59,684 bases of DNA, from assembly GCA_028717885.1 (NCBI GenBank), contig JAQUMX010000007.1:1-59684 (forward strand), in the 5' to 3' direction. Shown in pieces: positions 50,345-57,566 of the stretch. Every line of letters begins with the position of its first letter. Within the stretch, counting starts at the first letter, position 1. The DNA is from Candidatus Omnitrophota bacterium (GTDB taxonomy: Bacteria; Omnitrophota; Gorgyraeia; Gygaellales; Profunditerraquicolaceae). A program made the translations under genes and the position numbers. The notes under the pieces are model-generated. The model searched no databases and was not told the origin of the DNA. It worked only from the letters and a program-made list of their open reading frames with translations.

Positions 50345-51073
50345 TTATCTCCCTTTAAGCAGGCGTTCGCCAAAAAAAAGCGGCAAATCCTCCTGATAAA
50401 TTTTTTTGCGCGTTTCCTTGCTATCGTAAGGAACCCTTTTTAGCTCAAAGGTTTTTTTCTCGGAATCGAATATGCCGTAACTGGGTGTGGGGTTAGCGTC
50501 GCGCGGCTGGCCGACGCTTCCCACGTTTATAATATATTTATTGCCGCGCTTAATTCCTATAAGGCTCTCTTTGCTATACCTTAAGTTTTGATTTTCTTCT
50601 TGGATAAAAGTGCCGGGGAAATGGGTGTGCCCCACAAAACAAATTTCTTTATTCATCAACGCAAGGGTACGTTGTGCGATATATTCGTCGTTCATGTAGT
50701 TGAAATCACCCGGGTCGTTTAATGACCCGTGTACGAGGATAAAATCTTCTTCTTCGTAAAGTAATTTCAAGGACCTAAGAAAGGTACTTGCGCTATGGGA
50801 AATATTCTTCTCTGTCCACAGGATAGCTTGAGCCGCTTCGGGATTAAAAAAATCCAAAGAGAACAAGCCTACGCTTGCCCAGTCATGGTTTCCGGCAACC
50901 GTAACCTCTGCCAGTTCCTTTATCCTTTCCACACATTCATTCGGGTTAGCGGCATACCCTACCACATCACCGATACAGAGATATTTGTCTATAGATTCTT
51001 TTTGGTAAGCCTGGATCACGGCATCTAGCGCTTCCAGATTGGAATGAATATCGGAAAAAATACCGTAGCGCAT
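50345..51073 (-). CDS. Calcineurin-like metallophosphoesterase
   Basis: SDIHSN, GDVVGY, GNHD, HG, GHTH, NVGSVGQPRD. Confidence 0.92.
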   Translation of the reverse strand: MRYGIFSDIHSNLEALDAVIQAYQKESIDKYLCIGDVVGYAANPNECVERIKELAEVTVAGNHDWASVGLFSLDFFNPEAAQAILWTEKNISHSASTFLRSLKLLYEEEDFILVHGSLNDPGDFNYMNDEYIAQRTLALMNKEICFVGHTHFPGTFIQEENQNLRYSKESLIGIKRGNKYIINVGSVGQPRDANPTPSYGIFDSEKKTFELKRVPYDSKETRKKIYQEDLPLFFGERLLKGR

Positions 51074-51346
51074 TTAGAATTTGATTTCAAAATCCTGCAG
51101 GTATTCGTCGACTTCCAGCCACTTTATTTCAAAATCTTTGATATAAGGAGAGAAATGATCGTGAATTTTTTTTAAATATTCCTTAAGCACTGCTTCTTCT
51201 GCCTGGGCAATGACCTCAACCTTGCCGTCCTTTAAATTCTGCACCCAGCCGCTTATATCCATTGCTTTAGCGAGGTGCTCGGCAGTAAAACGAAAACCCA
51301 CCCCCTGAACATTACCTCTATAAAAAACACGGATACGTTTCTTCAT
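51074..51346 (-). CDS. acyP: Acylphosphatase
   Basis: GNVQGVGFR, GWVQN..DG.VE. Confidence 0.94.
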   Translation of the reverse strand: MKKRIRVFYRGNVQGVGFRFTAEHLAKAMDISGWVQNLKDGKVEVIAQAEEAVLKEYLKKIHDHFSPYIKDFEIKWLEVDEYLQDFEIKF

Positions 51347-51388
51347 ATATTAAATTTCTCCCCAGAAAAAAGCTAACAAACGGACATG

Positions 51389-51592
51389 CTAGGAAGAGTA
51401 ATAGTCGCTATAGCAGACGCTGCAGTACTGCTGATCCCAAGCTTTTTGTTGACAGGCGTCGTTTTGAATATCGGGAGAGTTGCCGCCCTGATAACTCTTA
51501 CAGGTATTCAATACCTTTTCAGGGCCATCTTCCTTTCTGGTTAAAACCGTGATTATCGGACTGCCCCATTTTCTTTTTTGCTGTTTTGGCAT
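51389..51592 (-). CDS. Cys-rich small peptide P1 (putative RiPP precursor)
   Basis: KRKWGSPIITVLTR...EKVLNTCK, 4 Cys; SD GAGGGA 7 nt upstream; paralogous to the two ORFs at 51868 and 52104. Confidence 0.75.
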   Translation of the reverse strand: MPKQQKRKWGSPIITVLTRKEDGPEKVLNTCKSYQGGNSPDIQNDACQQKAWDQQYCSVCYSDYYSS

Positions 51593-51618
51593 CATCACAT
51601 CCCTCTAAAATGAATTAG

Positions 51619-51693
51619 TCGGGGCGAGTGGACTTGAACCACCGACCTCAGCGTCCCGAACGCTGCGCTCTAGCCAAACTGAGCCACGCCCCG
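51619..51693 (-). tRNA. tRNA-Pro (anticodon CGG), CCA not encoded
   Basis: CGGGGCG/CGCCCCG acceptor stem, D-loop AGTTTGGCTA, CAGCG-TTCGGGA-CGCTG, TTCAAGT T-loop; 3' flank is A-CTA. Confidence 0.97.
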
Positions 51694-51778
51694 TTTTGCA
51701 ATCATTTTTCTTCAGGCAAACGGATAAATTCGGCCAATAACTTACGTCGTTTTAAACTCCGTAAGTTATGGCCTGATT
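51691..51778 (-). repeat. Multi-hairpin element, copy D (H1-H2), in the tRNA-Pro leader
   Basis: GGCC-ATAACTTACG..CGTAAGTTAT-TGGCC, GAATTTA, CCGTTTGC/GCAAAACGG; the last arm overlaps the tRNA 5' end. Confidence 0.75.
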
Positions 51779-51779
51779 T

Positions 51780-51808
51780 ATTATATCAAAAATCGTGAAA
51801 ATTCGCAA
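51780..51808 (-). promoter_or_regulatory. tRNA-Pro promoter
   Basis: TTGCGA-17 bp-TATAAT. Confidence 0.7.
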
Positions 51809-51867
51809 TAAATTATGGCAGGAGGAAGTTTACATAATCTTATTATGGGTGGGAATAAAAGAAAGGA

Positions 51868-52080
51868 TTAACTAGCTCTCATCTCCATGCATACCCAACT
51901 TGGGCAATATCCGCGTTCACTCCATGAAGTACAGTTGCTTGCATCCAAGTTCGGTCCTGCTACATAAGTAGTAATATTCCCCTTGCACGTTGATAATATT
52001 CTTTCTGCTTCCTTGCCAAAGGGGCGCAATAATCTGATTAATTTTGGGGTATTCCAGTTTTTCTGCTTTTTTTCAGGCAT
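51868..52080 (-). CDS. Cys-rich small peptide P2 (putative RiPP precursor)
   Basis: QKNWNTPKLIRLLR...ERILSTCK, 4 Cys, ends C-x5-S. Confidence 0.78.
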   Translation of the reverse strand: MPEKKQKNWNTPKLIRLLRPFGKEAERILSTCKGNITTYVAGPNLDASNCTSWSERGYCPSWVCMEMRAS

Positions 52081-52103
52081 TTTTTGATATCCTGCAGCCT
52101 AAA

Positions 52104-52382
52104 TCAACTATAAGATAACGCAGCGCAAGCCCATGATACAGGCTGATCTACTGGGGGCGGACAATTCCAACCACCTCCTCCAGGAGGAGATCCTCCAGGA
52201 ACAATACAAGGCACAGTCAAGTATTTTACCACAGTACAGCCCCCATAAGTGCTAAAATCTCCGGGGCCATTGACGCCATCAGCCTTACAAAAATCCAATA
52301 CCCCGCCCGCAGAACTATCCCTAACTAAGATAAATATTTGCGGCTTCTGCCATTTTTTTCTTTGAACGTTTTTGATACTCAC
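52104..52382 (-). CDS. Cys-rich small peptide P3 (putative RiPP precursor)
   Basis: RKKWQKPQIFILVR...GGVLDFCK, 5 Cys, Pro/Gly-rich insert, ends C-x5-S. Confidence 0.78.
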   Translation of the reverse strand: MSIKNVQRKKWQKPQIFILVRDSSAGGVLDFCKADGVNGPGDFSTYGGCTVVKYLTVPCIVPGGSPPGGGGWNCPPPVDQPVSWACAALSYS

Positions 52383-52388
52383 AAACTT

Positions 52389-52416
52389 ATCATAATACTT
52401 GCAAAAATATTGTCAA
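52389..52416 (-). promoter_or_regulatory. Promoter of peptides P3-P2, probably leaderless
   Basis: TTGACA-16 bp-TATGAT; the -10 ends 7 nt before the GTG at 52382. Confidence 0.65.
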
Positions 52417-52423
52417 GCTGATT

Positions 52424-53002
52424 CTAAAACGGCTGGTTCCTTTTAGCGAGGATATCGAATTCCAAATTCACTTTATCGGAAGGCATTTTTGCTTTAAGGT
52501 TGGTGTTTTCCAGGGTATGCGGAATAATACAAACCGTAAAGGTATCGGCTTTTTTTTCAGCTATGGTCAGGCTTATGCCATCTATGGCAATTGCCCCTTT
52601 AGAAAGGCAATATTTAGCAAATTCCGAAGGGATCGCAATCTCAAAACAAGGATTATTCTGCCGGAAGGTTTTTTTACGGATCACCCCGACGCAATCGATG
52701 TGCCCGTAAACAAAATGCCCGGATAACCTATCGCCGATTTTTAAGCTGCGCTCAAGATTAACCTTATCTGCTGTTTTTAGCGCGGCTAGATTAGTTACTT
52801 TGAAAGTTCGCGGCATCACTTCGAAACTTAAAATATTTTTCGCTATCTTTACTACGGTAAGACAAACGCCATTTAAAGCAATACTATCCCCGATTTTAGT
52901 GCCATCCAATACTTTCTTTGCAGCAATCTCCAAAAGCACAATATTGGGCCGCCGCGAAATACCTTTTACAACTCCCAACTCTTCGATTATGCCGGTGAAC
53001 AT
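52424..53002 (-). CDS. ribE: Riboflavin synthase (alpha type)
   Basis: MFTGIIEE start, GDSIALNGVCLTV, VNLERS, GHFVYGH, VNLEFD. Confidence 0.97.
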   Translation of the reverse strand: MFTGIIEELGVVKGISRRPNIVLLEIAAKKVLDGTKIGDSIALNGVCLTVVKIAKNILSFEVMPRTFKVTNLAALKTADKVNLERSLKIGDRLSGHFVYGHIDCVGVIRKKTFRQNNPCFEIAIPSEFAKYCLSKGAIAIDGISLTIAEKKADTFTVCIIPHTLENTNLKAKMPSDKVNLEFDILAKRNQPF

Positions 53003-53003
53003 A

Positions 53004-54095
53004 TTATTTAACAAACCCCTCAATCAGAAAATCTTCGCCGAAATGTCGGAATGAAACATCTTTAAGCTTAATTGCATTATCGATGCGCGAAATCCCTTTC
53101 CCCATTACCGAAGAAATCGCATTTTTCCCTCCGATAATCTTCGGGCTAATAAAGAAAAGCACCTTATCCACTAGCCCTTCATCGAATAGTGCCCCGACCA
53201 AAGTCCCTCCTCCTTCAACAAGGATATTGGAGATCTCCAGCTGCGCCAGCTTCTTCATCATATTTTTTAAATTTACCTGCCCGGCCTTTTCTTTAACTTC
53301 CATAATTTTTGATTTTTGTGCCAGGATTTTCCGGTTTTCCGTTTCCTGCCCCGGGCGCGAAGGCAAAGTAGCGATAATTACCCGGCTATCCAAAGAAAAA
53401 ATATTCGCTTTTTGCGGAGTGCTTAATTGGCTATCCACCACGACTTTTATGGGTTGCCTGCGGGAAAACCAGGCGTTTAGCCGCGGGTTATCGCGTAAAA
53501 CCGTATTAATTCCCACCATGACCGCATCATAATCCTTACGGATTTTATGGGCAAAAGAACGCGATTTATCGGAAGTAATCCACTTAGAATCGCCGTTTTC
53601 CGTGGCAATCTTGCCGTCTAATGATTGCGCGATCTTTACCGTGACAAAAGGCATGCCCTTGGTAATATATTTAATAAAAGGCTGATTGATCTTTTTCAGG
53701 CGGTCTTCCAGGACACCGACTTCGACTTTAATTTTATTTTGCTTGAGCAAGTTGATGCCTTTACCGTTATTACGCGGATTCGGGTCAACCATGCCGACGA
53801 TAACTTGTTTGATCCCGCTTTTAATAATCCTGTCCACGCACGGCGGCGTACGGCCAAAATGCGCACAAGGCTCCAAGGTCACATAGAGTGTTGCATTCTT
53901 TGCATTATTGCCGGCTTCATCTAAAGCGATAACCTCTGCGTGTGCCAGGCCGGCTTTTTCATGATACCCCTTGCCGATAATTTTATTATTTTTTACTACC
54001 ACTGCCCCTACAAGCGGATTCGGAGAAGTTTCCCCTTTTGCCTTTAAAGCAAGCTTTATTGCCAGGCCCATATAATAATCGTGATCCTTTAGCAT
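53004..54095 (-). CDS. ribD: Bifunctional pyrimidine deaminase/reductase
   Basis: PNPLVG, HAE, LEPCAH.GRTPPC, SLDGKIA, LVEGG. Confidence 0.97.
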   Translation of the reverse strand: MLKDHDYYMGLAIKLALKAKGETSPNPLVGAVVVKNNKIIGKGYHEKAGLAHAEVIALDEAGNNAKNATLYVTLEPCAHFGRTPPCVDRIIKSGIKQVIVGMVDPNPRNNGKGINLLKQNKIKVEVGVLEDRLKKINQPFIKYITKGMPFVTVKIAQSLDGKIATENGDSKWITSDKSRSFAHKIRKDYDAVMVGINTVLRDNPRLNAWFSRRQPIKVVVDSQLSTPQKANIFSLDSRVIIATLPSRPGQETENRKILAQKSKIMEVKEKAGQVNLKNMMKKLAQLEISNILVEGGGTLVGALFDEGLVDKVLFFISPKIIGGKNAISSVMGKGISRIDNAIKLKDVSFRHFGEDFLIEGFVK

Positions 54096-54904
54096 TTTGC
54101 TTCCTTTAATTTTTCCACCAACTCATAAGGAATCTTGATTGAGCCAATCCGGACCTCCGGCTTGGCCTTGCCGTGGCAGTCAGAGCCTCCTGTAGCCACC
54201 AAATGATATTCTTTTGTAAGGTTTAAATAATAGTTACGCATCGATTGCGTATGCTCCGGGTAATAAACCTCTAACCCCATTATTCCCGCTTTAATATAAT
54301 CGAGGATAAGGCTATCATTATGGACACTGTAGGGATGCGCCAAAACAGGTATACCTCCTGCTGACTTAATCAAACCGATTGCCTGCTGCACGGAAAGCCT
54401 AAAACCCAATACATAAGCCGGGCATTTATCTCCGATATATTTATGAAAAGCTTCGAAAATACTGGAAACGATTTTTTCCTTTAGCATTGCCCTGGCTACA
54501 TGCAGCCTCCCTACTGTGCCGCCTCCGGAAATCTCAAATACCGATTCCGCATTCAAATCAATACCTATATTTTTAAGTTTCTCGGTAATTTTGTAAATCC
54601 GTTGGATACGGTTTTCCTTTAAGGAAGCCAATTGTTTAAGCAATGCGCTATTCCTATAATCAAGACAATAGCCTAAAACATGCACTTCCTGATTATCTTG
54701 CTCGGCAGTCAGCTCAATCCCCGGGACAACTTCCAAATCCACTGCCTTAGCAGCTTCTACGGCAGGGATAATTCCGCCTACGGTATCATGATCGACTACG
54801 GCAATAGTAGAAAGCCCCACACGGTGCGCTTCTTGAATCAGCTGGGAAGGAGTATAGGTACTGTCAGAGTAGGTAGTGTGCAGATGCAGGTCAGCATATC
54901 TCAT
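54089..54904 (-). CDS. PHP-domain phosphoesterase (TrpH/YciV-like)
   Basis: DLHLHTTYSD, DHD, GIELT, HVLGY, LAHP, GGSDCHG. Confidence 0.92.
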   Translation of the reverse strand: MRYADLHLHTTYSDSTYTPSQLIQEAHRVGLSTIAVVDHDTVGGIIPAVEAAKAVDLEVVPGIELTAEQDNQEVHVLGYCLDYRNSALLKQLASLKENRIQRIYKITEKLKNIGIDLNAESVFEISGGGTVGRLHVARAMLKEKIVSSIFEAFHKYIGDKCPAYVLGFRLSVQQAIGLIKSAGGIPVLAHPYSVHNDSLILDYIKAGIMGLEVYYPEHTQSMRNYYLNLTKEYHLVATGGSDCHGKAKPEVRIGSIKIPYELVEKLKEAKC

Positions 54905-54978
54905 CCTTCGCTCGTTTCATGTTTAGTTAATTTCTTTCGCTCAGGATGACCCTGAGCAGATTTTTGCGAATGGGTCAT
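54901..54978. repeat. Back-to-back hairpin doublet filling the nusB-PHP gap
   Basis: Minus strand TCATCCT-GA-GC..GC-GA-AGGATGA abuts plus strand TGACCCT-GA-GC..GC-GA-ATGGGTCA. Confidence 0.8.
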
Positions 54979-55395
54979 CTATTTTTTTATTTCTATCTTT
55001 ATCTTGTCCAATATACCATTCACGAATTTTCCCGCTTCTTTGCCGGAAAATTTCTTTGCCAGCTCCACCGCTTCGTTAATCGTTACTTTAGGCGGAATAT
55101 CGGGCCGGAAAGCCAGCTCAAAAACCCCCAGGCGCAGGATATTCCTGTCTACAAACGCCATGCGTTCTAATTGCCAATTAGTGGCGAATTGGGTGATTTT
55201 TTCATCGATCGCTGCCAGGTTATCTACCGTGCCCTTTACCAAATCAGCGCTAAATAGTTTCACCTCTTCCTCTATTTCTTCATCCGCTTTTGCCTGCCAG
55301 AATTTTTTTAAGACCTCTTCGCAGCCTTCATGGCAGATATCGATCTGGTAGAGGATTTGTAAAGCGAATTCCCGGGCAAGCGTGCGTTTTTTCAT
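54979..55395 (-). CDS. nusB: Transcription antitermination factor NusB
   Basis: R..ARE.ALQ.LY, W..ER...[22 protein letters not shown]. Confidence 0.97.
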   Translation of the reverse strand: MKKRTLAREFALQILYQIDICHEGCEEVLKKFWQAKADEEIEEEVKLFSADLVKGTVDNLAAIDEKITQFATNWQLERMAFVDRNILRLGVFELAFRPDIPPKVTINEAVELAKKFSGKEAGKFVNGILDKIKIEIKK

Positions 55396-55850
55396 ATTTT
55401 TTCGACTAAGTTCGCCATTTCAATTGCCGAAAGCGCGGCATCCCTGCCTTTATTACCGTCTTTTGTGCCGGCGCGCTCGATTGCCTGCTCGATAGTATCA
55501 GCAGTAATCACGCCAAAAATTACCGGTACGCCCGTATCCAAAGAAACCTTGGCAACCCCCTTGGAAACTTCCGCGGCAATATAATCAAAGTGAGGAGTAG
55601 CGCCTCTAATCACTGTGCCCAAACAAATTAAAGCATCGTATTTTGCCTTAGCTAATTTCAAAGCAATTGCAGGAATTTCGAAGGCGCCCGGAACCCAGGC
55701 AACGGTAATATCCTTATCGTCAATACCATGCCTAACTAACGTATCCTGGCAGCCTGAAACTAGGTCCTTGGTAATAAAATCATTGAAACGCGACGCAACA
55801 ATACCGATTTTTTTCCCTTTAGCGATCAGATCACCCTGAATAACCTTCAT
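55392..55850 (-). CDS. ribH: 6,7-dimethyl-8-ribityllumazine synthase
   Basis: [40 protein letters not shown]. Confidence 0.98.
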   Translation of the reverse strand: MKVIQGDLIAKGKKIGIVASRFNDFITKDLVSGCQDTLVRHGIDDKDITVAWVPGAFEIPAIALKLAKAKYDALICLGTVIRGATPHFDYIAAEVSKGVAKVSLDTGVPVIFGVITADTIEQAIERAGTKDGNKGRDAALSAIEMANLVEKI

Positions 55851-55868
55851 TATGCTGCTCCTTTCGTT

Positions 55869-57077
55869 TTATAATTCCAATTGGTGGCCGAGTTTTTCTT
55901 TTTTGGTTTTAAGGTAATGATAATTTTTCGGATTCGGCTGGGTTTCCAAAGGCACTCGCTCCACTACTTTTAAACCATAGCCTTCAAGACCAACGATCTT
56001 CCTTGGATTATTGGTGAGCAAACGGATATTTTTCAATCCCAAGTCAGCTAAAATCTGCGCGCCGATCCCATAATCGCGTAAATCCGCCTTATGCCCCAAG
56101 GCCTCGTTAGCTTCTACGGTATCCATCCCCTGGTCCTGCAAACTATAGGCGCGGATTTTATCAACCAGCCCGATACCACGCCCTTCCTGGTTCATATAAA
56201 GCACCACGCCTTTTTTTGCGCTACCGATAGCCTGCATGGCTTTTTCCAGCTGCCTTCCGCAGTCACAACGCAAAGAACCAAAAACGTCTCCGGTCAAACA
56301 CTCGGAATGCACGCGTACCAGCGTCGGTTGATTATCCAAATCGCCGATAGTAAGCGCGGTGTGCGCCTTATTATTAGTGAGGTCCCGGTAAACATGCAAA
56401 GTAAAATTCCCGGAATCAGTAGGAAGATTGGCTTGGGCGACTTTTTCAATTAATTTTTCCGAACGCCTGCGGAATTCTATCAGGTTGGCAATCGAACAAA
56501 TCTTTAAACCGTGGCTGCGGGAAAATCCCAATAATTCCGGCAGGCGGCTCATTGTTCCGTCGTCATTCATAATCTCGCAGATCACTCCCGCAGGATACAA
56601 ACCGGCAAGCTTCATTAAATCAATAGCTGCTTCAGTGTGCCCGCTACGCACCAAAACACCGCCGCGGCGCGCCTTGAGCGGAAAAATATGCCCCGGCCTG
56701 ATTAAATCCTCCGGCTTACTTTGCGGATTAATCAGGACTTCAATGGTTCTTGCCCGGTCAAAAGCAGAAATTCCGGTAGTAATACCCTTGGCTGCGTCAG
56801 TTGACATCATCCAGGCGGTAGCAAAGGGGTCCTCTTGGTTAATTTTAAGTTTATCCTTAAGCATTGGCTCTAAACTTAAATTTTTAAGGCGCTCTTCCTC
56901 CATCGGAACGCAAATCAGGCCCCTGCCATATTTAGCCATAAAATTGATCTCCTGCGGCTTAAGAAAGGCGGCGCTCATCACCAGGTCGCCTTCGTTTTCG
57001 CGGTCTTCATCATCAACCACAATCACCATCTTGCCGTTCTTCAGATCATCTAGGATTTCCGGAATAGAATTAAACAC
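55869..57077 (-). CDS. ribBA: DHBP synthase / GTP cyclohydrolase II
   Basis: DDEDRENEGD, GHIFPL, RVHSECLTGDVFGSLRCDCG, QEGRGIG, LLTNNP. Confidence 0.98.
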   Translation of the reverse strand: MFNSIPEILDDLKNGKMVIVVDDEDRENEGDLVMSAAFLKPQEINFMAKYGRGLICVPMEEERLKNLSLEPMLKDKLKINQEDPFATAWMMSTDAAKGITTGISAFDRARTIEVLINPQSKPEDLIRPGHIFPLKARRGGVLVRSGHTEAAIDLMKLAGLYPAGVICEIMNDDGTMSRLPELLGFSRSHGLKICSIANLIEFRRRSEKLIEKVAQANLPTDSGNFTLHVYRDLTNNKAHTALTIGDLDNQPTLVRVHSECLTGDVFGSLRCDCGRQLEKAMQAIGSAKKGVVLYMNQEGRGIGLVDKIRAYSLQDQGMDTVEANEALGHKADLRDYGIGAQILADLGLKNIRLLTNNPRKIVGLEGYGLKVVERVPLETQPNPKNYHYLKTKKEKLGHQLEL

Positions 57078-57088
57078 TAAAAACCTCC

Positions 57089-57122
57089 AAAAAAGAAAAA
57101 ACCCGAAGAAAAATCTTCGGGC
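57089..57122 (-). terminator. Riboswitch expression-platform terminator
   Basis: CCCGAAGA-N4-TCTTCGGG plus TTTTTTCTTTTTT; its 5' arm is complementary to the aptamer 5' P1 strand (AATCTTCGGG). Confidence 0.9.
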
Positions 57123-57131
57123 AAATAACCG

Positions 57132-57502
57132 TTAACCTTCTCCCATCTGGACTTTAATGAGCACTTGACTTATGGAGTCTTCAGACGACATAAGTCAATG
57201 AGCGAATTAAATCCTTAACATTTACCTTAATTTTTGAATTTAGGTAGATGTCAAGGATCAAATTCAGGCAACAATTTATGTTCACTTTGTTCCGTAAATT
57301 GTGCCTTCATTTGACCATCGGCTCTGGAATCTCACCAGCTCATGTCCGCCACGAACCGTGGCGGACTCGCGGGCTTTACACACGGCCATATGGCACCCCG
57401 CCATATTGGATTGGCGGGTGCGCCGCTTACTGCGGCGATTGGTCGGTGTGCGCATCTAGCGCGACCGCCGGTCGAGGAATTTCACCTCTCCCCGAAGATT
57501 AA
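57132..57502 (-). ncRNA. FMN riboswitch aptamer, expanded to about 370 nt by insertions
   Basis: TCTTCGGGG..GGTGAAATTCC..GACCGGCGGT, AAAGCCCGCGAG, CTGGTGAGATTCCAGAGCCGATGGT, AAGTCCAGATGGGAGAAG in order; P1 TTAATCTTC/GAAGGTTAA; upstream of ribBA. Confidence 0.93.
57156..57311. repeat. Multi-hairpin element, copy C (H1-H2-H3), inside the riboswitch P6 loop
   Basis: TGACTTATG/CATAAGTCA, GAATTAAA-TCCTT../..AAGGA-..AATTC, H3 loop TTCACTTTGTTC identical to copy A. Confidence 0.88.
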
Positions 57503-57510
57503 TTGTGTTA

Positions 57511-57538
57511 ATTATAACACAAAGGAAATGCTTGTCAA
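57511..57538 (-). promoter_or_regulatory. rib operon promoter
   Basis: TTGACA-16 bp-TATAAT with TGn; predicted start near 57504, 2 nt before P1. Confidence 0.88.
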
Positions 57539-57560
57539 GCGAATTAGGAGCAACTATAAT
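57532..57560 (+). promoter_or_regulatory. Divergent cinA-thpR promoter
   Basis: TTGTCA-17 bp-TATAAT; the -10 ends 7 nt before ATG 57567. Confidence 0.7.
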
Positions 57561-57566
57561 AGCCTT

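Noticed and set aside
51600-51693. Genomic island integrated at tRNA-Pro
   Set aside because: No duplicated tRNA 3' end or integrase in the window, and paralogous peptides lie on both sides.
57342-57566. 75-aa N-terminal extension of CinA in the ORF track
   Set aside because: It is antisense to the FMN riboswitch and spans both promoters; the true start is ATG 57567.
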